DNA of 64,000 bases. Origin: Octopus vulgaris (Eukaryota). Below are positions 51,476-64,000 of the stretch, one piece after another (within the stretch, counting starts at the first letter, position 1; the number at the start of each line of letters is the position of its first letter). The notes beneath the pieces are model-generated. The model was not told the DNA's origin, did no database searches, and saw only the letters and a list, made by a program, of their open reading frames with translations. Location: NCBI GenBank assembly GCA_951406725.2, contig OX597828.1, positions 64,170,001-64,234,000 on the forward strand. Reading direction: 5' to 3'. The position numbers were made by a program, and so were the translations under genes.

Positions 51476-52241
51476 TGGCGCAAAAAATGAAAATATCTTG
51501 AAATATCTGAAGCATTTATATGAAATACTAAAGAGTAAATTTATTCAATAAAATCGCCATTGGCTTCAACCACGGCCTCCAGACGTTGGTGAATGCTGCC
51601 ATAATCCTTGCCTTCAGTTCCTCTTTGGTGTTACGAGGAGTTTTGTTGGTCCCTCGCTCAACTGCGTCCCACACATAATAATCAAGGGGGCTGCGACCTA
51701 GGGAGTCAGGTGGCCAGATGTTAGGGGTGATGTGGTTGCAAAAATTCTCTGACAGCCATGATTGGGTTGTCCTGCTTGTGTGGCATGGTGCAGAGTTCTG
51801 TTGCCAGACATAGGGTCTTCCAGCAGCCACCCTCTTCGTCCAGGGCAGCACCATCTCCATCAAGCACCTGATGTAGGCCTCCATATTGTGTCTGAAGCCG
51901 TGTGGGAAGATGAATAGAGGCATAACATCGCTATCATTATTGATCACTCCAAACTCCATGATGTTGACTGGATGCTTGATTTTTATCACTCTCGGTACAT
52001 GTCCTCAGATTGACACCCAAACACTCAGAAATGTTCGTATTGGAGCTTCCGGCGCGAATGCCAAGCACTACAGCATGTAGTTTCCAAATTTTTGTCAGAG
52101 TGAATTGTGTAGTAGTGCTGTTTTCTCACAGAGGGTACCCAACCGACCCTACTATTCTGTGTAGTTAACAAAATGAAAACAACCAATGAGCATGCGCCAT
52201 ATTAAAATATAAAATGGCGACAATTTATTAATCACACCCTG
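51476..52241 (-). mobile_element. Tc1/mariner DD37D (maT-like) element, internally deleted
   Basis: WQQNSAPCH...WPPDS....PLDYYVW with 37-residue spacing; TIR TA|CAGGGTGTGATTAATAAATTGTCGCC at 52241. Confidence 0.85.
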
Positions 52242-52253
52242 TATGTCACTATG

Positions 52254-52326
<73 letters not shown>

Positions 52327-52927
52327 ATGTGAGTTTGTAAGCATTTAAATATGTATGTAATTATGTATATGTGTGTACATATATGTCTATGCTTGTGTGT
52401 GTGTATGAGTGTGTGTGTTTGTGCGCGCGTATATTGATTCAGGCAGCAGATTTTATGAGATTCGTTTATTTTTAATAACTGAAACATCTGACGTATTTAT
52501 TGCAGTGCATTGTTCTTGAGTTTGCTGTATTTGTTTATTTGAATTCTCAATGAAAATAGACGATTAATGATGGAGGCGAAAGACATATCACGTCACATTT
52601 CTAAACTAAACACCTACGAAACATTCAATAACCACAACACAAACAAACACTTCCTCGATGACGCTGAAATCTATCGTTGCAAAACAAAATTCAAATTATT
52701 GTGGTTATGTGAACGCCCTACCCAAAATGAAATGGTTGCAACAACAGCAACATCAACATTGCTTCTACAAGATGCAGAAAATGAGTCTGAAATGGTCGAG
52801 AAAGGTTGATGGTAGATTTTGGAAGTTTTGTATCAAAAGAAACTGTTAGGAAATCAAACGAAAATGTGTAAATTGATATAAAAGAACCATACAGCACATC
52901 CACATACACACACTCATATAGGTACAT

Positions 52928-52991
<64 letters not shown>

Positions 52992-53326
52992 TATAATGTA
53001 CGTATATATGCATATCTACGACGAACAGCTCAGAGTTTCTGTCTGCCAAATTCAATCGCAAAGCCTCGGTCAGTCCGGAATCATAGTATTGCAAATTGCG
53101 CAAGGTGACGCACACTACAAATAAAGACAAAATCACGTGTTTGCTAAGCGAAAGTTTTAAGCATGCAGCCACGGCTGCGCAAATGTGAGTGTTTATATAT
53201 ATATATATATATATATATATGTAAATATGTACATACATACATAAATACATACATATCTTAGATTCATACATACATACATACATACATACATACATACGTA
53301 CATACATACATACATACATACATACA

Positions 53327-53357
<31 letters not shown>

Positions 53358-53572
53358 CTTAGATTATTTTTATACCGATTATTATCGTGTTTTGAGAATG
53401 GTGTCTCAGAGTAATTAATCTCAATGATTTATTCTTTTTTTTAAAATATACTACCTCCACCCACCCTACACACATACAATATATCACGTATAACTAATTA
53501 TTATACAATTAATATAATCACATATAATTAATGATAATGTCATGTGTATTCGGCAAATGCAGTAAAGCTTTT

Positions 53573-53615
53573 GCTTTACTGAGGAGGTCTAATAAGACGG
53601 AAACATATTCGAAGC
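53573..53615 (+). ncRNA. degenerate minimal hammerhead-like motif
   Basis: GCTTT-A-CTGAGGA-G-GTCT-AATA-AGAC-G-GAAAC-ATAT-TC-GAAGC. Confidence 0.45.
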
Positions 53616-54538
53616 TTTCTCCCGAATTTTGCTAAAGTGCTTCTCATTCAAGCTACAATATTCACTGAGTTAATACTGCAATTTCCTTATCGGTTGATTA
53701 TTTCTAATTTCATTATTTTATATTCACAACATATTACATTTGTTAACAGTAATTCAATTTCTTTCTCTCTTCCGACAAGAAACCATTTTTAATTACCTGA
53801 TTGTCTACTGCTTCACTCATGTCAGAACAGATATGTTATTCTCTCTTTAACACAATCATAACTACAGCAGCAACAACAGCAACAAAAGCGACATCAACAC
53901 TATAGAACGATATTAGCCTATGAGTAAGCCTCTAGTCAATCGTTCGGCCAGCATGAAATAGTGGCTTGATCTCCCTCAAATCACACCTTATCTACAGTCA
54001 TTGAGCATGACAAAAAGTATGTATGAAAAGGCGAAGCGGCCATGGGCGGAATGCTTCTGATTACAACTCTACGGTTGAGTACCGACTTCAGACTAAACAA
54101 TTGCAACAACAAAGTAGAATGCGATCGGAGCTGGAGGAGGAGAGCAATTAAAATGTCAGTAATGAGAACGAGCGCAACGGATTTAGGAACAGAACGAACG
54201 AGTACAACAACAATATTTCATTACTAAATCAACGAGAGCTCTAAAGGCAACAACCTCAACAACAGCATTAACAACATTAATGGTATCAGCAAAAACTAAT
54301 AAAATATTACAAGAACGAGATAAACAACAACAACAACAAGAACAACAGAAACGACAACAGTGTGAAACATGAAAAACCACAACAAACATGTTTAGGAGTC
54401 TTGAAAAGATTTAGGTTTGTTTATTTGGAAAGATTCTCGGCTGGGTTTTTGTTTTTACCATTTGTTTATATTTTGTTGGTTTTTGTTTTACTTATTTGCA
54501 GACATAAATGGCGGAACTTCTGATTTAATTGTAAACAT

Positions 54539-54598
<60 letters not shown>

Positions 54599-54689
54599 AA
54601 GAGTGTAGCACATTCCATTAAACTTTGTATGGGCAGTATATAACACACACACACGCATATATATATATATATATATATATTCTTTATTC

Positions 54690-54800
54690 TTTTCTTTTAT
54701 TCTTTTACTTGTTTCAGTCATTTTGACTGCGGCCATGCTGGAGCACCGCCTTTAGTCGAACAAATCGACCCCGGGACTTATTCTTTGTAAGCCCAATACT
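54690..54800 (-). mobile_element. SINE 3' portion (also at 38560-38690, 61650-61830, 60735-60880)
   Basis: TTTTACTTGTTTCAGTCATTTTGACTGCGGCCATGCTGGAGCACCGCC shared among copies. Confidence 0.8.
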
Positions 54801-54802
54801 TA

Positions 54803-55213
54803 CACTGATAACTCACGGATGGTGATTCGACGATTTGCACGAACATTTACGATGTTTTACTCAGTTCTACTGGTTTTGGGTGTCCCACAACGTTCGACCA
54901 TTTTGGAAACGTCTGAACGACTCGTACACTTGTGTGCAGCTCCCATACTCCTCTCCATACACTTTCTGCAACCTTGCACAAGCCTCTGAGCAGTTATCGC
55001 CATGACAACTCTCTCTCATGGTCAATACGACAATCACACGCTACACACGTTCCTTTCAAGCATTGTTGTAAACCGTCGAAGTGAGCTAGAATGTTAAAAG
55101 TAAGTGTGCCTGCACAGCAGAGTTCAAGGTCAGTCTCTGTCAAGCGGCTTCGCTCTGCATGCTTTAGCTTCGTTACTATGGCAACAATGCGGATACTTAT
55201 TGATCAGACCTCG
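54803..55213 (-). mobile_element. mariner 5' fragment (TIR and HTH)
   Basis: TA|CGAGGTCTGATCAATAAGTAT TIR; minus translation RLQKVYGEE...TQVYESFRRFQNGR (Mos1-type HTH). Confidence 0.8.
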
Positions 55214-55827
55214 TATATCTATAACACATTAAAAGTCAGTTTCAGTCTTGCTTGCTTGCAATGTTACCCAGCCAAACTGGCACATTATGGGAAAGTGCTA
55301 TGAATTAAGTTTACCTTGAAATGTTAATACGAATGAAATGAAACAAGCTTCGCGTAAATTGGAGCAGTCGTTATTGGGATGTTCAGGGTTTGAGTGTATA
55401 AATACCAAAAACGGCGCATAATGGGAAAATGTTCTGAATATAACTTCATCCTGTTAGGGGAAAAAAACTCTAACCTTTCGATTAGACAGGGATTTGACAA
55501 CAAAAAAATACGATTTGTTTTTTTTACAGTAAATATATATACATACAACCTCCGACAGAATAACGGTCATATATACAACTTGAACAGACACACATATCAG
55601 TACATAACATACGTTTACATATACATACACGTATACACTCACGCAGACACTTCTGAACACATATGTAAATACTCACATACATACATACATACATACATAC
55701 ATACATACATACATACATACATACATACATACATACATACATACATACATACATACATACATGCATGCATGCATGCATACATACATACATACATACATAC
55801 ATACATACATACATACATACATACATA

Positions 55828-56290
55828 CTGGTGGAATGTACCAATGAAGACCTCAATAAAATATAAGCACAACCGACCTGATATAATGATTTGGGATATA
55901 GAAGAGAAACTGCGCACAGTTGTGGAAATTTGCTGCTCATCGGGTGTCAACATAAAGGTGAAGATCAGTGAAAAAGAGAACACCTACGCTGAACAATTGA
56001 GACATCTGCAGTTACTCTATCCAGATTACAAGTTCAGGTTTATACCTGTAATTATTGGGGCCCTCAGATATGTAACACACTGCCTAAATACCAATCTTGA
56101 GAAATTAGGCTTCTCAAAACCAGAAAATAGAAAGCTAATTCGAAGACTACAGATCCAGTCCATCACTGGAACTGTAATGATCTGTAAAACGTTCCAGAAG
56201 TTTATCATTTAAATATATATATGAGCATGTCTAGATATGCAACGATATGCATGAGAAGACATACATAAAATAAAACATACAAATCTGCAT
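55828..56290 (+). mobile_element. 5'-truncated R4/Dong-group LINE of a different family, in (TACA)n
   Basis: WWNVPMKTSIKYKHNRPDIMIWD...VVEIC...K...Y...IPVIIGAL RLE domain; flanked by (TACA)n. Confidence 0.85.
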
Positions 56291-56547
56291 ATATACATAC
56301 ATACATACGTACATGTATACATACATACACACATACACACATGCGTACATACATGAATACCCATGTACACATATGCATGCGTACATGCTTACATGCACAC
56401 ATACATACATACATACATACATACATACATACATACATACATACATACATACATAAACACACATATATATCATGAACTTTGTAACCACGTTGTAAAGTTT
56501 TTCCCTAGGTTTCTTTCGAGTGCATTCAACGTTATCTCACCTCAAAC

Positions 56548-56660
56548 GATTTGGCTGCTATTTCTAGCACGCCCTGCTACAATGTAACAGCTATTTGCGA
56601 TGAAGGATCCGACATACCTGTTATGTGGTAGCACGGCGTGCAAGAAATAGCAGCCAAATC
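56548..56660. repeat. ~115-bp hairpin element (copy 2)
   Basis: GATTTGGCTGCTATTTCTAGCACGCC...GGCGTGCAAGAAATAGCAGCCAAATC. Confidence 0.8.
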
Positions 56661-57149
56661 TTTCCCTTTCTAGGGGAAGGAGCCGTTTACACTCTACCAC
56701 CATCTGCTATCGGCTGCAGATCTCAGCGACGTCGTCACACTTTCACTCCGACCCCCCGTATTTCCTCGCAACATCAATGCAGTTTTGTCCCACATAATAA
56801 ATGGTTTTCTCTCCGTCGCTGCCCCTGCCGCCACCCGTGCTATCACACTCTTTTAGCAGAAGGTAACCGAACCATTCCGGTCATGCAGGAAATGCTGAAA
56901 TATTTTCTCTCACTACTATTTCTCTGAAATTCCTGGAAACCACGGCCTTGTTATTTTTCCCAAACACACAAATACACTTTCTCTCTCTCTTTATCAACCT
57001 CCATGATAATCTTGGTCAGTATTTACACTGGATCATACGCAGTCAGTTTGGATTTCCATAAGAGAAGGGCTGGTGGCAACATAAGCGTGCTAGCGTAGTA
57101 GAAAATAAAGGAGCCACGGTCCCTTCGGTCTTTAATATTGAAACTGATT

Positions 57150-57645
57150 GAGTTATTCAGGCCAATAGCCCAGATATTGTGGTAGAAAATCACATTGATA
57201 AAACACGTTTGCCCATAGACATATCAATCCCATTAGACTGTAGTTTCTTCGAAAATTTAATAAAATGCAAGAAACTTGAGATAGAAGTCTGAAAAATGTA
57301 TGAGTGATCATTGGAGATTTGGCAATAATAAAATGTGGCATTCTTAGGACCAAATACCAGGAAACTTAAAAGTATCTGAACTCCCAAAATCCTTCCCAAC
57401 CCTACATCCAAAGAAAAACATTGTCAACCAGAAAATTACAGATTCTCGTAAAACTCTTTCAAAGCTGAAATATAACAAATTTAACAGATTCTTTAGTTTT
57501 TAGATTCCGATCCCCTTTCCCTAGAATTTATCATTGTCAGTCATCCGTAGTGAAATGTTGGACTTACTCTAACTTGAGGTGTCTGGGCGGGATTTCGATC
57601 AACTCGTATAGAACAAAGTAACAACAGCCACGAAAATAATAACAA
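57150..57645 (+). pseudogene. old R4/Dong-type RLE fragment
   Basis: IQANSPDIVV...IDISIP...KKLEIEV; 3' UTR similar to 36240-36306. Confidence 0.65.
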
Positions 57646-58003
57646 CACGACGAGGGTAAAGCTGACACGCCCAGGCTACAACTCAGAATGTTAAGAATGA
57701 GTAATTAAAAGCTTAAGACAATTTGTTCGCCACACCAACACACCACGCCACCACCATTAATATTAAAAAATTTACTGCAAAATATTTAAGCGGTGGAGCA
57801 ATAAAAGTCTTTAACGGTGATTGGCAGTTTGGCAACAAATATCTACACACCCAGAGCTTGTCAAAATAACTCAGTTATATATTTCATCATTTTTGTATTG
57901 TATAAATCATAACTGTATATTCATAGATATTTTGTATAAGAATAACCTATTACATGTATCTATACATACACATATATATATACACACATACACACACACA
58001 CAA

Positions 58004-58036
<33 letters not shown>

Positions 58037-58143
58037 CGCAGACATATATATATATACACAAATATATATATATACATATATATACACATATATATTCACA
58101 TACATATATATATACACATATATATATACACATATATATTTAC

Positions 58144-58176
<33 letters not shown>

Positions 58177-58252
58177 CACACATATATATATACACACATT
58201 ATACACATACATATATATACACACATACATATATATACACATACATATATGT

Positions 58253-58284
<32 letters not shown>

Positions 58285-58362
58285 ATATATATACATACAT
58301 ATATATGCATATATATATATATATATACATATTACGTTTATATATTTGTTGTGCAAGATTTT

Positions 58363-58680
58363 TTATGTGTAGTCCTGGATGGAGTTAGCTATTTGCTGGA
58401 TGCTCTCCATAGTATTAGTTTCTATTTCTATTTCAACAGTACTCTCTTGTGGGGGTGCCTTTACCACTATGTTGATATCATCAACATAGCGAGAGTACAT
58501 GTTTACGAGTATGGAGTTCTGTGTTAGGCGTTCTTTAAGCCTTCTGCCCCACCATACTATGAAAAGGTTGGCCACATCACCAGCGATACTAACGCCGATG
58601 GCTGCCCCCTCGTCCTGGGCATATATTTTATTGTTAAACTTAAACGTGTGGCCTTTTAGGGTAACTCTTATACTAGCTCC
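58363..58680 (-). pseudogene. Penelope-like reverse transcriptase fragment
   Basis: HTFKFNNKIYAQDEGAAIGVSIAGDVANLF...YSRYVDDI, matching PLE RT motifs (F.F....Y.Q..G...G.....AN.F; RYVDD). Confidence 0.85.
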
Positions 58681-58693
58681 TAGAGCTAGTATA

Positions 58694-58760
58694 AATTACG
58701 GAACCTACACACATAATAGAAGATAAACCTAGCCTGAATAGGAAACTGGAATGGAACACT
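58694..58760 (+). pseudogene. PLE GIY-YIG C-terminal remnant, opposite orientation to the adjacent RT
   Basis: ITEPTHI..EDKPSLNRKLEW (frameshifted), matching E...I....P.LN. Confidence 0.5.
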
Positions 58761-58950
58761 AGCACACACCACAACATATGACAGAAGAGGACCCCCATAA
58801 ACTTGTTACAATATAAACAAAACCGAAAACATAATGAATAAAATACACAGATAAATAAATAAATAGAAATAAATAACTATATAGGTTCTTTTTTAATTTA
58901 AAATATCTTTCTTATTTTTTTATTTTTTAAATTAAAATATTTTTTAAATG

Positions 58951-58997
<47 letters not shown>

Positions 58998-59081
58998 TAT
59001 TATTATTGTTGTTGTTATTATTATTATTATTATTATTATTGTTATTACTAGTATTGTTGTTATACATACATACAAGCATAT

Positions 59082-59140
<59 letters not shown>

Positions 59141-59797
59141 TAGTGGATGTAAACATGAACAAAATAAAAAAAAAGAATAAACAAAAACAAAAGCAAATTA
59201 CACGAACGTATATAAACAGAAGATATAAATATTACAAGCATTACCCTCCACACACATACACACCAACTAAACATGGACGCACATAGAGATATACGCATGC
59301 GCAAATGAAGACACATACAATAGAAATACAAAATGGCTGACGGTTAGTAAAGAGAAACACAAATAAAAAAGAAGAAAGCAACTTTGGCCGAAATAAGATT
59401 AAGATTAATGTAAAAAATAAATAACACTGAAGCAAAGTAACACCAAATATATAGTGCGTGTGTCTTTATTGGCTAAACTGGCAAAATGACCATTCCGAAA
59501 TACAACAATATATATACATACATATATAAATATATATACATACATAGATACGTACATACATACATACATACATAGATACATACATACATACATACGTACA
59601 TACATACATATGTACATACATACATATATACATATGTACATACATACATATGTACATATGTACATACATACATATGTACATAGATACTTATATACATACA
59701 TACTTATATACATACATATATACATACATATATACATAAATACATTTATACATACATATATATATATATGAACATACATATATCTATATACATACAT

Positions 59798-59828
<31 letters not shown>

Positions 59829-59859
59829 CATACATACATACATACATGCATACATACAT

Positions 59860-59912
<53 letters not shown>

Positions 59913-60356
59913 TTACTTGGAAGAGGATGCGTGGCGTTTCGTCGTATAATAACAAAATAATAAATAAACATGTGTATGTATATATGCATATGTTTTATTT
60001 ATTATTTTATATAATTACATACATACATACATACAAATACATATAATGTATATGCATACATATTTTGTATGTGTATATACGTAATGCATATGTAAAATAT
60101 AAGTAAAATACATCCATGCATTGGTACATCCGTATGTATGTCGGCAGGTTTGCTCTTAAGTAAATATCTATGTTTATGTGTACATGTCTGTATATGCGTA
60201 AGAAGCTTGCTTCCCAACTACATGGTTCTGGCTTCTTATCCTGTAACCACAGATCGATCAAAGCCTTGAGTGGAATTGGCTGACGGAAACTAAATGAAGC
60301 CTTCGTATATATATGTTTGTATGAGTGTGTGTGTGTGTGTGCGTGTGTGTGTTTGT

Positions 60357-60652
60357 GGAGGCGCAATGGCCCAGTGGTTAGGACGGCGGATTCACGGTGA
60401 TGGGATCGCTGTTTCGATTCCCAGACCTGTTCGAGTGTTCGAGAGAAAACACCTAAAGCTCCACGAAGCTCCGACAGGGGATGGTGGCGAACCCTGCTGT
60501 ACTCTTTCCCCACAACTTTTTTCTCACTCTTCCTTCCTGTTTCGCTTGTACCTGTATTTCAAAGGGCCAGCCTTGTCACACACTATGTCACGCTGGGTAC
60601 ACGTTAAGGGTACACGTGTCTGTGGAGTGCTCAGCCACTTACACATTAATTT
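60357..60652 (+). mobile_element. tRNA-derived SINE
   Basis: GGCGCAATGGCCCAGTGGTTAGG A-box and GTTTCGATTCCC B-box head, then a non-tRNA body. Confidence 0.8.
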
Positions 60653-61025
60653 CAACTGGTACTCTCGTCGTCGTAGCCGACGGAGTGCCACAGTTATACA
60701 TATGTGTGTATGTGTGTGTGTGTGTGTGTGTGTGTATTTGTACCCCACCCTTATTGCTTGACCACCGGTGCTGGTGTGTTTACGTCCTACTAACAAAAGA
60801 GAGCGATAGAATAATTACTAGGCTTTAAAAAATAAGTCCCAGGGTCGATTTGTTCGACTAAAACCCTTCAAGAAGCTGCACACACGCTTAATCTATCTGT
60901 TTATCTATTCAACCTCCGCCTCTATACATACATATAGTGTGTGCGTATATATATATGTATACGCATATATATACATAAAAGCGTATCTAAACATATATAT
61001 ATATATATATATATGTATATCTATG

Positions 61026-61094
<69 letters not shown>

Positions 61095-61183
61095 ATGTAT
61101 GTATATATATATATATATATATATATAAATGTGTGTGTGTATGTATATATATATATTTATATGTGTGTGTGTGTGTGTGTATT

Positions 61184-61218
<35 letters not shown>

Positions 61219-61649
61219 TCACACATGTATATAGTCTTTGGAGCAAGCTAAACTACATAAAAACTGGCTTTTAGAAATAGATTATATTTCACAGAAAAGA
61301 ATAAATAAATAAATGAAGAATCACTAAAAGTGTAAATAAAGACGGAAAACAACAATAAAAAAAAGGAAGTTCTAGAAATGAAATTAAAGAAATCACTAAA
61401 CACGCAAAAGTATGTCTGTATTTATTGTTGTTGTTGCAAAGCAGAGGTCAGATGTGCTCCAGCTGGTCTACGATCAAATAACTTTCGGAGTCTTTTACTG
61501 AGTCAAATTGCATCTGGGACTTCAACTTCTGATTTCTTTCATCTTTTTAATACGAGACATTACGATGTGATTCGAGGGAGATTTCAGGTAGATTTGGCTG
61601 TTATTTCTAACTAATATGTGATAAAATAAACTCGTGTGTGTGTGCAAGT

Positions 61650-61824
61650 ATATCTTTTATCCTTTACTTTTTTAGTCATTTGACTGCGGCCGTGCTGTAG
61701 CACCACCTTGGATTTTAGAATGGACCATTGTACTTTTATTTTTAAAATTTAGTACTTATACTGTCGACCACTTTTGCCGAAACGCTAAGTTACAGGACGT
61801 AAACACACCGGTTTCAAGGGGTGT

Positions 61825-61891
<67 letters not shown>

Positions 61892-62052
61892 ACACGCATG
61901 GCGGGCTTCTTTCAGTTTATTCTATCAAATTAACTCACAAGGTTTCGTCAGCCCACGGCTGCAGCAGAATACACTCGCCTAAGGTAACACGCAGTGAGAC
62001 TGAACCCAGAGTCAAGTGGCAGCTAAGCAAGCTTCTTACCACACAGCCACGC
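61650..62052 (-). mobile_element. SINE with internal (CA)n
   Basis: Minus head GCGTGGCTGTGTGGTAAGAAGCTTGCTT...GGGTTCAGTC; internal microsatellite; tail shared with 54690-54800. Confidence 0.8.
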
Positions 62053-62094
62053 TTTGTGTGTATATGTATCTATGTGCACACACATATTCTACAC

Positions 62095-63180
62095 TCGCAT
62101 AAATGTAGACTCCTATTTCCAATAGCATTGTCAGTCTTTGTGGAGAAGTTGCATAAAATTCTGTAATTATTATTCCCTACCGCAGGCTCTGATTGTGTTC
62201 GTACCCCTTTGCTCTCATTTTATCCACGCCCTTGTCTCACATTACTATGCACTCTTTTACTGACACAATCATGGATGTGCTTTTACTCCTTTCATGCTGG
62301 CTTACTACTTAAATGTAGCAAAATTTGGCGAATACCTTCGTCCTCTTTTCTACAGATTCTGCGTTGGCTCTCAGACTGAGTCCTATCAATCTTTGTCTTT
62401 ATCAAATTATTTCTAATGGATCGTTCCCGTGCAGCAATAATTAGCAGTTGAATTTCTCGTTTGCGGTTTCCATGTCAGCCACAACTAGCGATCTTCATTT
62501 CCATTATTTTCGGGTTTTTTCTCTTTTTTTGCATGAATTGCCCCTTCACTTCATACTCTTATTTGTCCTGTCACCTTTCTGTTCTTGAATTATCCTACTA
62601 ATTCAGTGCAGTTTTGGATATTTTTGGCTGGAAACAGTATTGTTTTGTTGTTCTTTTTCACTACGCACAACACGGTATTTTTAAACACCAGATCGCAGTA
62701 TTAACGGTGTCTTCTGCGTTTAACAAACTGCTTCCCTCATGTCTTGGAGCCTGTCAATATTACTTTTAGGGTGGAGTGTGTCGTGCGTTGTGAACCGATT
62801 CTTAGTTCTTCTCCCTAATTCTTGGAGCTCTGTCATTCTCCATTTTACACAAAGAGCAGACTATCTCAGATCTATCTTGGCCAATCCATCGAATGTCTTG
62901 TTAACATGACATCCAGTTAGATTTATTCCAAGTACCTTCCTAATCCTTCTATTGTACTCTTTGGGGGGTCTTTCTAATTTCTCTTTCCATTACCTTATCG
63001 CTCTGTAGTACAACCCTTCATTATTTCTCTGTGATCTAATATCATCACGGGATATCTTTATATCATCAAAGTTAATTTTTCGATTTCCTTTCATAATTAA
63101 CTTTACACAATCATGAACTTCAAAGTACACACCGCTTCCCTTGCTAAACGTTCTTACTCTTTGGACAGGAGAATTCAGGT
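62095..63180 (-). pseudogene. decayed R4/Dong-type LINE (post-RT to CCHC/RLE)
   Basis: YNRRIRKVL, WRMTELQELGRRT...HPKSNIDRL and LIIAARERSIRNN...CR motifs. Confidence 0.75.
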
Positions 63181-63569
63181 CCAGTAAGGGATTTCGTTTT
63201 TTATACAGTTTCTGGTCATCTAATATATATATATATATGCAGTTGACCATTTAACATACTACTGTCATGGAACTCCTACATTCTTCTTCTTCTTCTTCTT
63301 CTCCTCCCCCTCCTCCTCCTCCCCTACCAAGAATTCACAACGACCTCGAACCCACAAGAGTAAACAAGAGAGACAGAGATAGGCAGAAACAAGGAAAATG
63401 CCACTTGTATTTGAACACGATGCAAATATTCTTTTAAAAAAGCTTTTCTTTTAATTTTTCAAAAATTTAATTGTCTTCCATACTTAGAGTTGAAAAAGTC
63501 TCAATGACTGGAACCGGCACTGAAATGTTTTTTATAAAATTATTTTAGTATTTTCTATCTTGACATTTT

Positions 63570-63621
<52 letters not shown>

Positions 63622-63718
63622 ACAAGAAATTTATTATCACTGCCCTCACCTTTTTTTTTAGAAAGCTCATAGGCAGACCTGGATTTTCTCAATACAGTTC
63701 TTAGAAAGAGATTAAGAC

Positions 63719-63809
<91 letters not shown>

Positions 63810-64000
63810 TATGTTTGACTTTTGCTTTATGTCTGTACAAGTTGGCTCCAAGTCTCACCCAGAGACCTCAAGAGACAACAGGCTGGAAGTTCACGTTGTT
63901 GTTATGAATAGTGTGCCATATATTTGGGGGGTTTTTTGGTGTTGTACTAGTGAATGTCTAATACATAAATTTAAAAAAAAATGTTTGTTTTAAACCTTGG
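63810..64000 (-). mobile_element. 3' UTR of the R4/Dong-type LINE (third copy, runs off the window)
   Basis: Reverse complement of about 36112-36306; adjoins a (TAA)n/(TTA)n tract. Confidence 0.9.

Noticed and set aside
55394-56212. 272-aa ORF as a host gene
   Set aside because: Chance read-through of unique DNA and (TACA)n into an RLE LINE fragment.

Overview
AT-rich, microsatellite-saturated animal genomic DNA (intron or intergenic). I found no host protein-coding exon I can support. The SINE repertoire and repeat density suggest an octopus/cephalopod genome (inference). Almost all non-repetitive-looking sequence is transposable-element debris: a young RTE LINE with a largely intact RT ORF (48350-51228), a decayed CR1/L2-type LINE, several R4/Dong-type restriction-like-endonuclease LINE fragments sitting in (TAA)n or (TACA)n, Penelope-like (PLE) RT and GIY-YIG fragments, Tc1/mariner elements (DD41D full-length pseudogene, DD37D, mariner ends, a MITE), non-autonomous Helitrons and more than 20 tRNA-derived SINE copies or fragments. 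The strongest unexplained signal is about ten dispersed hammerhead-ribozyme-like motifs (CUGANGA...GAAA, often with a palindromic stem III), many in short units near (TA)n tracts. One looks fully intact (28334-28424) and one sits in the loop of a 101-bp inverted repeat. Also notable are several fold-back or templated-insertion structures, a 47-bp hairpin, a repeated ~115-bp hairpin element and a compound CRE/E-box/CTCF-like site. All calls were made by eye; no searches or folding were run.
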